In this document: positions 1-10,704 of the stretch, in pieces
Numbering within the stretch: the first letter of the stretch is position 1
Layout of the letters: the number at the start of each line of letters is the position of its first letter
DNA from: Rhizaria sp. SCN 62-66
Lineage: Eukaryota
Length of the DNA stretch: 34,364 bases
Direction: 5' to 3'
Assembly: GCA_001724265.1 (NCBI GenBank)
Contig: MEDY01000322.1
Location: forward strand, 1-34,364
Program-made: the position numbers and the translations under genes
The notes under the pieces: generated by a model
What the model saw: only the letters and a program-made list of their open reading frames with translations
The model's database searches: none
What the model was told of the DNA's origin: nothing

Positions 1-552
1 CACCTTTATATACCCGCCCCGAAACGACCGTGGGTGGTGTTTGCCCCAGTCTGAGCCTGTGAGACTTGGTATTTTATGCTAAATGTCGGCGGTAACAATA
101 TTGTTGTCGAGGACAACTTCGAAGAAGCAGAATATCAATCTCTGAATGTGTGTTCTTACTGCATTTAATATCATTCGCACTATATCGAATCTACTAGTAC
201 TAGTAATGCCACAAACAGATTAGTGGCAATTATTTTTTCGGTCCAGTTCGCTCTCGATCCCATCCACAATTTTGCGGTCAGCTGGACCGCCAAACAAAGA
301 GATCCCAATTCTGCGGATTGGGGGTCGGTCTTCGTCCAGGAAACTGCTTGCAACGACTAATCCAGATAAGCCCGATGTTTTAAATTGAATAGAAACGCGT
401 ATCTAGGATGCATCAAGATATTTATTTGACGAAATTTCAATTGAACGGACAGGGTGAAGAATTATTTCACTCTAAGCGCTCCACAAAATGTTCCTCCCAC
501 TCTCACCCCTTTCGACCTCTCACCGTCCGCCCTCTCACGCCCCCTGTCCCGA

Positions 553-3500
553 ATGCATTGCGCTGTTTTACGCATCCCCGATTTGTTTCTGTCTTCGCGC
601 AGCGTCATGTTCCCTGTCGTCGGCGGCAGCGGGACAGGCGCGTCTGGTGGTGCGTCAAAAGATCCAGGTTCTCTGGCACGCACCACCCACTCGACCCCCA
701 ACGCACACAAAGACCCATTTAGCAGCACAAATGATTGTAAGTATCACAATACTGATACACATCAACAACAGAATTTTGGCTCCACCAAGGAAACATGTTG
801 TTTTGGCCCAATTCCCGCTCCCACATCCTCACCGAGCACTTTAACCTCCAATTCCAGCCAGTCAACACTAACACACAAGACGACCGCCAACTCCAGCTCA
901 AGCTTCAGCTCTAGCTCCCGCCCCGCGTGCTCCCGCCCCGGCACCAATACCGCCGCTTTCTACCCCTGTGTGAGCGTCAGCGTGAACGATAGCACTTTTG
1001 GCTTGGATAACCCTCCGCCCGACAAAGCTAACACTGCCTCAACCTTCGCCGCCGGAAATGTCACCCTCGCGGCCCCCTCGTGCATCGCGGACGCGCCCTC
1101 GGTTTTCGCCTTGGCCTCGGTTTCCGCGCCCACAACAATCGCGCCCTCTGCCTCTGCTTCTGCCTCCTCTGTGGCAAGGCTTGTTCCGGGCGTGGTTGCG
1201 GCGGCGCATTCTGTGGAGTTTTCGGCGGCGGAGTCCATGCTTGAGCACTCGTATGCCGACGATGATGGCGTTCACCACAACGACTACAGTGGCCCTAACA
1301 ACAATGTGTATAACTATTACTCGCACGAAGTGACTATTGCGAGTCATAATGCCGATGAGAACGGTCACCAATTGAATGCCAATGTCAAGAGTAGTATCAC
1401 TCCTGTTTACCGCGCACCCAACGCCAGCAGCAGCAGCAGCAGCAACATTGCAACTGCCGCGCCTGCTGCTGGCAAGGTCAGCCTCACGTGCTACACTCCC
1501 TGCGCCTCTGTGTCGACCCCAGTCGCCATACAGGCCGCCCCCGCAGCCAACTCATCCTCTCAGCTGCCCTTGGCGACCGCTGAATCGGTCGCGCGCGCCC
1601 AGGCGGGGCTGTCCGCGCTCGCGCTCGACGCGCAGGCACAGGCTCCGGGACACGCGGCCGGACACATGCCCTTGGCGCATGCGCAGTTGTCGCCGCAGTC
1701 GCTGTTGAGCTCGCGGTCTCTGTCGCGCGTCGCGCACGCCCTCTCCGGCAGCGGCAACGGCAGCGGCAACGGCAATGGCAACGGCAATGGCAATGAGAGC
1801 GCAAGGCGGAATGAGTCTGCGCGGCCGCTCGCAGTCGCCACTGTGCCGTCCTCTGTGAACCAGGGCATCAACAACGGCAGCGCAGGCGTTGCGGCCGCGA
1901 GCAGCGGGCGCACGGGCGCCGGCGTCAGCGCCTGCGCCAGTGCTGCTGCAAGTGACACCGCCGCCGCCGCCGTCGACCGCCTCGTCAAAGACACCACGAA
2001 CGCTCTGCTCGACGAGCTCGCGACCACACTCGCGCTCCCCAACTACAGCTACAGCAACAGCACCACGAGCAGTAGCAGCATCAGCAGTAACGGCAAGAGC
2101 GACGGCAAGAACGAGGTGGACGTGAAGGCTGAGGCCAAGGCCGCGGCTGAGAAGGCCGCGGTGGCCGCGTTCGCGACGCTGACGAACATCGTCCGGCACG
2201 GGCTGCATGGTCAACCCAGTGCCGACGGCTGCGGCGGTGCCAGCTGCGGCGGCCCCTTAGTCAGTCTAAGCCACCCCTTAGTCGGCGGCCCCAGCGCGCT
2301 TGCTCCCGGCACCGTCATCACCCTCTGCCTCCTCGGGCCCCGGCCCGGCGACAGGCCCGTCCCCCAAACCGCGGCCGAGACCGCCGCCGCGGCTGAAACC
2401 GACGAGTTGGCCTCCGTGCTGCGCGACGACCTGTCGTTTGTGCTCATCAACTCGCTCCGCGACGCCTCCCCGCGCCGCCGCGCCGCCGCCGCGCAGGCCG
2501 TCGCCGCCGTCGCCGCGGCGTCCCCCGCCTGCTTACTATGGGCCGCGCGTCTGGGCCTGGTCGAGCCGCTGGTGCTGATGGCGACGGACGCGGCGGCCGC
2601 GGACGCGCAGCAGCGCGCCTGGTGGCGCCACCAGCGCGCCGCCGCGCGCGGTGAGGTCTACGACAAGCCGGAGCGCTCAGCACGCGCGGACCCCGCGGCG
2701 CACGCGGACGCCGTCGCCAACTGCGAGCCCCAAATCCAGAGCGACAGCAAGGGCGACGGCAAGAGCGGCGGCCGCGCCTCGATCCGCGCGGCGACGGTCG
2801 ACGCCCTGGCCCGCAGCCGCGCGCTGCTTGGCCGCGAGCGCGCGCTCACGGTGCTGGCCGCGGCCGAGACCGCGGCGGCCGCGCTGCCCCTCTACGCCGC
2901 CGCCGCGGGTGCCGCCGCGGTCGACGAGGCCGCGGCCGCGGCGCGGGTTCACCGCTGCGACGCCGCGCTCGACGCCGACCAGGCTGACTGCACGCGCCGC
3001 CAAGAGGACCCTTTTTGTGTGCTCAACGAGTCGCTGCGCGTGTTGCCCGACTCAGCGGCGCCGGTACGCGCGGTCACCAGTACCGCCGGTGCTGCGGACG
3101 CGCGCGTATCGCTGCTGTATGCCACGCCGGAGGAGGCCGTGGCGGAGCTCTGGCGCGGCTGCCAACGACTTGTTACTGAGCTCGACAATTTCGCCCTCGC
3201 GACTCTTAAGACTGCGAAAAACAACAGTGGCAGTAGCAGCAGCAGCAGCAACAGCAACAATGACAACGACAAGAGCATGAACAGTAGCATTTCGATGCAG
3301 TCAGGTGCCGTTGTTGGCCCTGATTTCGACTCGGGCGCTTCTGTCTTGGCTCTCGATGACAGTGACGAGGATCTCAGCCGCTATTCCGCCGCCGCGCTGG
3401 ACCGGAAGCATGACGTTTTGACTGCGATGCGCCGCACGCATGCCATGAGCGCTTACACGACTGCGCGCGTCAACGAAATCTGGGCCGGCGTCGCCGCGTT

Positions 3501-3562
3501 CACCGCCGCGGACAAGAGCGCGCGCGCGATGGAAGACGACTGTGAGCTGAGCGACTCCGCCA

Positions 3563-3594
<32 letters not shown>

Positions 3595-3813
3595 AGCGAC
3601 GAGGGTGATCTTGACGATGATGATGACCACGATGACGATGACAACGTTGAGCCTGCGGCAAAGACTGAGACTGCGAGTCATGTTGGCTCCAGCAGTCGCT
3701 TTAAGAAGGCTGTATCGCTTTCACAGTCGCAGATGCCGTCAGAGTCGTTGACACAGATCGTTTCATAGTCCCTGGTTCATCACTTTTCGCGCTCGCAGTC
3801 GCGCTTGCAGACA

Positions 3814-3851
<38 letters not shown>

Positions 3852-4038
3852 CTCTCCCGCACAGTCGCTCCCGCAGTCGAAGACCGGCGCCCATGTGCCT
3901 TTCGTCGTGACCCTCAAGCCGCCGGTGGCGATCACGATGGCCTTTCACACCGCGTCGCTCCCCACTGCGTGCGACGACGGCCAGCAGCAGCAAGACGACG
4001 GTTGTGTCGGGCTGAATCTTCCGACTGCGTCAATGTAA
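553..4038 (+). CDS. Hypothetical Ala/Ser-rich protein (~1,160 aa) with a possible ARM/HEAT-like helical segment and an acidic tract. It has an in-frame TAG at 3766-3768, read as Gln.
   Basis: ORFs 454..3768 and 3805..4038 are in the same frame and separated only by one TAG (..LTQIVS*SLVHHFSRSQSRLQTQTQ..). GC-rich coding style persists to the TAA at 4036-4038 and AT-rich sequence follows. The first in-frame ATG is at 553, so the start is uncertain. The segment LINSLRDASPRRRAAAAQAVAAVAAASPACLLWAARLGLVEPLVLM looks ARM/HEAT-like (inference). Confidence 0.7.
3808..3849 (+). repeat. (CAGACG)n coding microsatellite encoding (Gln-Thr)n
   Basis: A tandem hexamer is visible directly downstream of the in-frame TAG. 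Confidence 0.9.
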
Positions 4039-4130
4039 GCTTCGCTGGGATTGAATCGTCGAGCTCCTCCTTTATTGTTTTAATTTTTAATTTTATTTTT
4101 GTTAGACTAATTAGTTAACGAACAATCGAC

Positions 4131-4165
4131 TAAGCGTATGTTATGTTTAGCATAACATACGCTTA
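4131..4165. repeat. Perfect 15-bp inverted repeat with a 5-nt loop
   Basis: TAAGCGTATGTTATG (4131-4145), loop TTTAG, then CATAACATACGCTTA (4151-4165), the exact reverse complement. Confidence 0.9.
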
Positions 4166-5730
4166 CTCTACATTCCATAAGTATTTGTGATATGTATCCC
4201 GATACTCTTCTTTTTTTTGTGCATGCCATATTATTTTATTTTATGCAAATCTGTGTACATGTCTGGTCCCACTGCTGGTACAGCTGTGGACACATGTATT
4301 CACCTTCAGTACCCAAACTCGTGGCGTACTGTATCATCTTGATTATGTGTACACCTACATCAACCTGGACTGGACAAGTCGTATCCAACTTTCAAGTAAA
4401 CGCCACCACCAACACGCAATGTCAAATAGCAGTGTGCATGTGGTACACTTGCTCTTAAAATGCCGTGCTTCCATCACAACACAAACACCACATCAACGCG
4501 ACAATGCGCAATGTCCACTCGCACAAAAAGGGTGTTGCAGCTGTCCTTGCTGCAACACGTGTCAACACGACTGACACTGACACTATCAGACACTGAACAT
4601 GTTCGTTCGCTGTCATTTTCACAGCCCAGTGCACTCATTAGCATTTGTGTCTGTATATGCGATCCCTTTTGTGGTGTAGTCTGTATCGCACGATAGCGTG
4701 TGTTAAGGTCGTTTTTAGCTCATTTCATTCTGGTTGGGTTTTTTTTTTTGCGCATCATATGTGCTTTTACTCGCTTTTTCCCCTTTATTTTGTGTGCTCT
4801 TCTCTGGAACATTTTATTTTTCTCGCCCGTCATAACCTGAAGTCTCAAGTTCACGCGCGCACAGCTCTTAAACAGCCCCCTTGCTTTTCTTTTCTTTTTC
4901 TTTTTTTCTCCTGGTGTTTTTGAACATTCGTACTCACTTTTGTACTGACTGTATCACCCAAGCTAATCCTTCTCATTCTAGCATTTTTAGTTGTCTCATT
5001 TCGGTATTTGTATGTAAACTCCTCTCGCAAGCCTTTAGTTGGCTTATCACTGAATGTGTTTCCTTTCATCATGTCATCGAATCACATCTCACAAATCGGG
5101 AAGCGAACTGTCAATTCACGACCTGTGCATGCGTCAGCGCAATCGCAAATATACGTACACACTCGTTTGTCTTTGACACGTCTTGACTCTTCCCCCCGCT
5201 GCTCTTTGCATCTGCATCAATTCTATTCATGCACAACGTAATTCTCGTCCTAATACATTCGAAGACTGCGCTACATGACTCATCATCGTTCTCCGTTTGT
5301 TTCGATTCTTCCCGAGCAACATTTGTCCTGAGATTACTTATCTCGATTTAACGATGGCATCAGAGATGTGGAATAAGTGTTTCATTATTATTCAACGACT
5401 CAAGACATACGCTAATGAGTCACTGTGAAGCCGATGCTGAAAACTTGAAGACTGCGTCTGCACTAGTCGTCGATATCATCAACAGGATTGTGGCGGTTCC
5501 GAACAACTTCATCACATGTGTTCATGTCGTCGTGGTGCTCGAACTCATTACGCTTGCGCGCGGCAACTGATCTCAGAGATAAATTCAAAATATAGTTTAT
5601 ACGAAGGTTGAACTTAGCTCTGTATTCCACAGCAAAAAACCCTCCAAAAATAGAAACAAATCATGTTGAATAAAATGTCCCTGGCCTCTGTCATCGTCGC
5701 ACCACCATCTAGTCGAAGCTTGCGCTGAGC

Positions 5731-8700
5731 TCAGTCGCTGTCGCTATCAGTGTCGGCGCCCGTGACGGTGTCGAACGGCGCGAACGCCGCCCGCAGCGCC
5801 GCCGTCGCCCTTTCCTCCTCCTCCTTCTCACTGCCGCCGCTGCCGCCGCTGCTCGCGTCGGTCGCCGCAGCGACGCAGCGGCGCCAGTCGGCGCGCTCGG
5901 GGACTCCCGCGGCCTCGGCCAGCAGCGCGCGCGGCAGCTCCAGCAGCGGCACGCGCGCGATCAGCTCGCTCACCGCGCCCTTGGCGTCGCCGCCCTCGGC
6001 AGCGCCAGCGGGAGCGCCTGTGCCGGAGCCAGTGCCGGAGCCAGCGCCGGCGGCGGTGAGGCTGATGCCCGTGGCGGCAGCGAGCGCCACGTCGCGGTCG
6101 CGTCCGCGCTCGCGGTCGCGCGCGGCCGGCGTCACGGCCCACAGCTGCTCACAGTCGCTGTCGCCCTCCTCCTCATCATCAGCAGCGTCAGCAGCAGCCG
6201 CAGCGTCAGCAGCGTCACCAGCAGCGGCAGCAGCGGCGGCGCCCTGCTGCTGTTGCTTGAGGGCGGCGATCTGGACCTGGGTTGGGAAGCGCCAGTAAAA
6301 GTACGGCGGCAGCTGCGACAGGTCAACCGCACTCGGATTGCTCTCGCCAGCGCCCTGCTGCTACTGTGGCTGCTGTTGCTGCTGTTGGTGCAAGGGTGTA
6401 CTTAGATCGAGCGCCGTGAGCATCTCCGCGATGCGCGCGCCCTGCCCACAGTCGCCGCGCACTCGCACCAGGCCGCGGCGACGCATTTCGCGCGCCACGC
6501 GCGCCGCGAACCCCGCCAGCTCAAAGGGGGCATTTGGACTCCCCGCAACAGCAACGCCGGCGGCGGCAGCGCCGCATCGCAGCGGGAGGCCGAGCGTCTG
6601 CACCTGCATGTGGTGTGTCGAGCGCGTCTTGTAGTAGCGCTCGCAAACCACGGTGCCCAGCCCCTGCGCCGCGTTCATGCCGCGCAGCCCGGCCAGGAAG
6701 CCCTCCAACTCACGCACCAGAGGCTTGACTTCCGCGCCGGGCCCAGTCGCGGCAGCGGCGACTGCGAGGCACGGCACGTGTGCGATGGGCAGCACGAAGG
6801 CATGCGAGCCGTTGATGGGGCCGCGGGGCAGCGCGAGATAACTTTCGTCGGCCACGGCGGCGACCAGGTGCGTCGCCGCGCGCGGGTTCGACAGACAAAA
6901 CCAGCAATCCGCGTCACCGGCCGCCACCGCACGTTCCTTGTCCCCGCGGCCGCCGCTGCTGGCGCGAGCGCGCTGGGCGGTCAAGACGGCGGCGGCCGCG
7001 GCGGCGAGCGAGAGCAGCGACGCCGCGGGCAGCGCGCGCAGCACGGCCGCCACCACGGGCGGCAGCGGCACCGCAGCAGCAGCAGTGCTGCTGTCAGCGG
7101 CGGCCTGCGTGTCAGAAGTTAGGCCGGCGGCCTGACTAATCGCGGCCTCCGCTGCGGCGAGCGCAGACGCGTGCGCGGCGGCGGCGGCGGCGGCGGCCAG
7201 CTCGCGGCTGCGCTCGCGCTCGACCACAGCAGCCACATCCTCCTCCTCAGCAGCGGCGGCATCGGTCGCAGCAGCGGTGGCGGCGCTGTGGATGCCGTTG
7301 CTATTACTATTGTTGTCGGCGCTCGCGTCAGAGGGCGCAAGCGGCAGCCCTGCGGCCGTGGCGGCGGCTGTCTCCCGTTGCAGCGCGCCGGCCAGCAGCG
7401 TCAGCACGCTCGACATCACGAACCGCGTCCGCTGGTGCTGCTGACCGTGGGAGTCACGTGTACCGTGCGTGCCGCTGCTCGAGGGGACGGGCTCGGTCTC
7501 GGGCTCGGCGATGAACTTGGCGTTAACAAGCGCACGCACCACGCGCATCAGCCCGCCCTGGCCCTGGCCCTGGCCCTGTCGCTGCTCACGGTCCCCCCGC
7601 TGCTCGCGGTCGCGCTCGCGCTCACGGTCGCGCTCGGCCTTGACGGGGCACATCCGCACATAGTGTTCGCCGCTGCCGCAGACCACGCACGCGTATCCCG
7701 CCGGCGGCGGCCCGTTATCACGCTCACGGTCACCGCGCTCCCGGTCGCCGCGCTCGCGCTCGCCGCGCTCGCGCTCGCGCGGCTGCTTGTCGGCGGCGCG
7801 CTGCTGCGCGACGGGGCAGTCGCTGATGTAGTGCGCGCCCGTCAGCCCGCACGCGTGGCACGAGTACCCCGCCGGCGGCGCCGCGCCCGGCGGCTGCGGC
7901 GCGCGGCGCTGCTGCTGCTGCTCACGGTCACCACGGTCACCACGGTCCGCACGGTCGCTGTGGCCACGGTCGCTGGACGACTCGGAGTCAGGCCGGCCGC
8001 GCTTCAGACCCCCAGAGCCAGAGCTGCCATCAGCGTTATTGTTGTTGTTGGAGGCGGCGAGGTGACAGTCGCGGATGAAGTGGCTGTTAGCGCCGCAGAG
8101 CCGGCACGCGTAGCCCGGCGGGGGCGGCTTGACTTCCCAGCGGCCCGCCACACGGCTGCCCGTGGCGGCGGCGCGCGCGTCGGCCTCCTCCAGCGACGCG
8201 AAGCGCAGCGCATCCACGCCTTCTTCGTGACCGAGACCGTGGCCGTGGCTGGCAGCGCTCGTGCCAGCGGCGCTTGCAGTGTACGTCGCGGGGGCCAGAG
8301 CGCTGCTGTTGCTGTTGCTGCTGTTTTGACTGATGTTCGTCTGCGCGGGGGCGCTACTTAGAATGGATGTAAGGGGGTATGGCGAGAGCGGCATCGCGGC
8401 CAGCGCGGCGGCCGTCTCGCCGCCGGCGTTGACCACGAAGCCAGAGTTCGCGCACATGGGCGTGATGGAGAACGCCGTGACGTCCTTTTGTTTAGCCGCG
8501 TTGCCCACGGGCGCCATCAAGTAAAGCCGCGTCACGACTGTACTCGTAGTACTTGTGCTGCCGCTGCTGGTGTTGACGATGTTGCGGTAAGGAGGCACGG
8601 CGGTGTAGGTGCCGCGCACGTGCGTGTAAGGGGCGCCCCTTAGACCGGCGTAGGTCCCCCCCGGCGCGTGCATCGACGACGAGATGTGGTACGCAGGCAC

Positions 8701-10125
8701 GACACTTACACTCGCACTTACATTCGTGCCAGCGGGAGCCCCGACACTCTGCGAGACGACGCCACGAAGCATCGGGCAGCCACTCAGCGCAGTCACGGGC
8801 GCAGCCGCAGTGCTCTCGGACGACTCGGCTGAGGAGTCTAAGGGGGTACTTACACTGGGCATGAGCGCGGCCCAGTTGTCTGGCGGCGACGACGACAGGA
8901 ACACGTCGCACACGCCCGCACCAGCGCTCTGACCGCTGTTTTGACCGGCGCCTTGACTGGTGTTTTGATCGAGGGCGGCGACGGCGCCCGTGAGCGCGAA
9001 CAGATCGGCCCGCGTGTAGCCAGACAGAGACAGGGACAGTGTCTGCGCCTGCGCGGGCGGCAGCGCGGCGCCCGAGAGGAAGGCCGCGCGCAGGCCGCAG
9101 GGCAGGATGCGCGCGCCCGCCTTACCCAAGTACAGCAGGTTGGGGGCGAGGGCCACGCCGACGCCGTCCTGCGAGACCGCGTCGGCGCCGCTCCCGCTCG
9201 CGCCACCGCTGCTGCTGCTGCTACTGCTGCTGGTGTAGAGAACTGAGGCGGGGAGGCCGGCCGCGGCAAGAACGGAGAGGGCGGGCCCGTCGCCGCCGTG
9301 GCCGTCGCCGTCGCCGGCGCCTGTTCGAGGGGAAAGATAGAACGAGTCAGGAAAAGATTGATTAGATTAAGCACGCCAATGAGATTACGAGCGAAAATCG
9401 TTTATAAATTCAATTAATTTTGATTTAAAAAAACAGCATGTTTAGTCTGATACAAAATCAATCATATATGACAGAGATACACAATCTAAAAGCTTCATCG
9501 CCTGAAGTACGCGGCACTCGTCATAGCGCAGGCTTGTAGCTGACTATATTCGAGTTGCTTGAGTGTGTGCAGGGACGTACCAAGGATAAAGTAGACCGGA
9601 ATGGGCAGCTTACGCTCGCCGCTCACGAGCGCAGCAAGCGCAGCGCCCGCACTCGCACTCGACGCGCCACTGCTAGCGCTCGCATTAGCATTGATGTTGG
9701 GTGAAGGTGCAAAGAAGGATCCGACGCAGAAGGCGCAGGCGAACTTGGCCTGGGCAAGGGCACGCGTAAGACGGGCTTCAAGCAGGTCGAAGCGGCCACC
9801 GACGTCGCCGAATACCAGACTGCGTTGCGGCGGCGTGCGCGCGTGGGCGGGCAAGTCGTGAGAAAGTGAAGGGAATCGAAGAGAAAGTTAGACAGATGAA
9901 TAGCGAAAGTGAAATAGGAGTTATGAAAACAAAGACATGGTATATCCAGACCATAAGTGTTGTTTGATGATACATTTGATCATCACCGCATTAAGTCTTC
10001 ATCACCGCTCGCAAGCGAGCTGCATGAGAACGATTGCGTGAGTCAACGATCAAGAGCAGTTGCAGGCGCGATTGTCAGTAGACGTACACCTTCACAGGCG
10101 CTGTGGCCGGGGCCGTAGTTGCCAT
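5731..10125 (-). CDS. CWF19L1: CWF19-like protein 1 (Drn1 family), 1,288 aa: N-terminal metallophosphatase-like domain, three CCHC zinc knuckles, and CwfJ C-terminal domains 1 and 2. Model: complement(join(5731..9320,9581..9819,10088..10125)), with an in-frame TAG at 6361-6363.
   Basis: The spliced N-terminus MATTAPATAPVKVLVFGDVGGRFDLL..FCVGSFF..PIPVYFILG and LAPNLLYLGKAG match the CWF19L1 phosphatase-like domain. CwfJ_C_1 is seen as DCWFCLSNP..HLV..YLALPRGP..H..VLPIAH..ER..HMQVQ. After the TAG come PYFYW and a CwfJ_C_2-like segment, LPRALLAEAAGVPERADWRRC..EEE..LRAAFAPFD. The gene ends at TGA 5731-5733, and exon phases are consistent. Confidence 0.93.
9321..9580 (-). other. Spliceosomal intron 2 of CWF19L1 (260 nt)
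   Basis: GTACGT donor, AT-rich body, CTAAT branch-like motif, pyrimidine tract and ACAG acceptor. The phase-1 join is in frame with ORF 6361..9156. Confidence 0.88.
9820..10087 (-). other. Spliceosomal intron 1 of CWF19L1 (268 nt)
   Basis: GTACGT donor and GCAG acceptor. Removal restores ..PVKV-LVFGDV. Confidence 0.8.
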
Positions 10126-10704
10126 AGCGGAAGACTAAACAGCAAGGATGTTATTAGAACCTCAACTACAGTGCAAAACAGAAAGAGATGGAAGAGAGCG
10201 AGAGCCTAGATCGGGGAAGCGAGGAGAGAGGACACCAACGGACAAGTCGAAACAGCGTGAGTGCGTACAGCCTGATGATGAGGTCCGCAAGACAAATAAC
10301 TGAAAAGGTTACGCATTTAGAACGTATTAATCGTCGATTCAAAAGGAATTCCCTATCGACGGAAGTTGATCTAACCTTGCATTGCGAACTCAATGCCCCC
10401 CTCGGCCCACCACCAGCGCCTGGCGGGAGCTGGCTGTCGACCAGAACGCCGAGCCACCACGCATTATCGCCTTCAACTCCCCTCAACCCACCGTCACTGG
10501 CTCTCCCGTTCATCATCCACGTTGAATTATCTCTTATCTCACTGATCCCTTTATTATCTTTGTCCCGCAGCAAACTACCCGGCCCTGCATATCCCGCACT
10601 TCCAGCCTCCCACTTCTCTCGATCGAGCCGCTCCCTGCCCCCGCCAGCCCGGCCTAACCCCCGTTCGCCCGCTTCCCGCGCCCTCCCGCGCTCGTTCCCG
10701 CCCC
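10126..10704. promoter_or_regulatory. Short divergent (head-to-head) intergenic region, likely a bidirectional promoter plus 5' UTRs
   Basis: The CWF19L1 ATG (10125, -) and the methyltransferase ATG (10705, +) face away from each other, 579 nt apart. No specific motif was identified. Confidence 0.45.

Noticed and set aside
192-330. Short palindromes and imperfect stems upstream of gene 1 (TACTAGTACTAGTA; CGGTCCAG..CTGGACCG)
   Set aside because: They are too short or imperfect to support an ncRNA or element call.
5400-5660. Minus-strand frame with two TAGs (5463-5465, 5412-5414): ..KRNEFEHHDDMNTCDEVV..DDIDD*CRRS..TH*RMS-TGA
   Set aside because: It is short, has no recognisable homology or convincing start, and lies in the probable 3' region of CWF19L1. 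It cannot be supported as coding.
6300-6363. Pyrrolysine or programmed leaky readthrough signal at the TAGs
   Set aside because: There is no shared downstream motif across the six sites (next codons TCC, CAG, CAG, ATT, CCC, ACT). The Gln-repeat contexts fit reassignment better, and Pyl is not known in eukaryotes.
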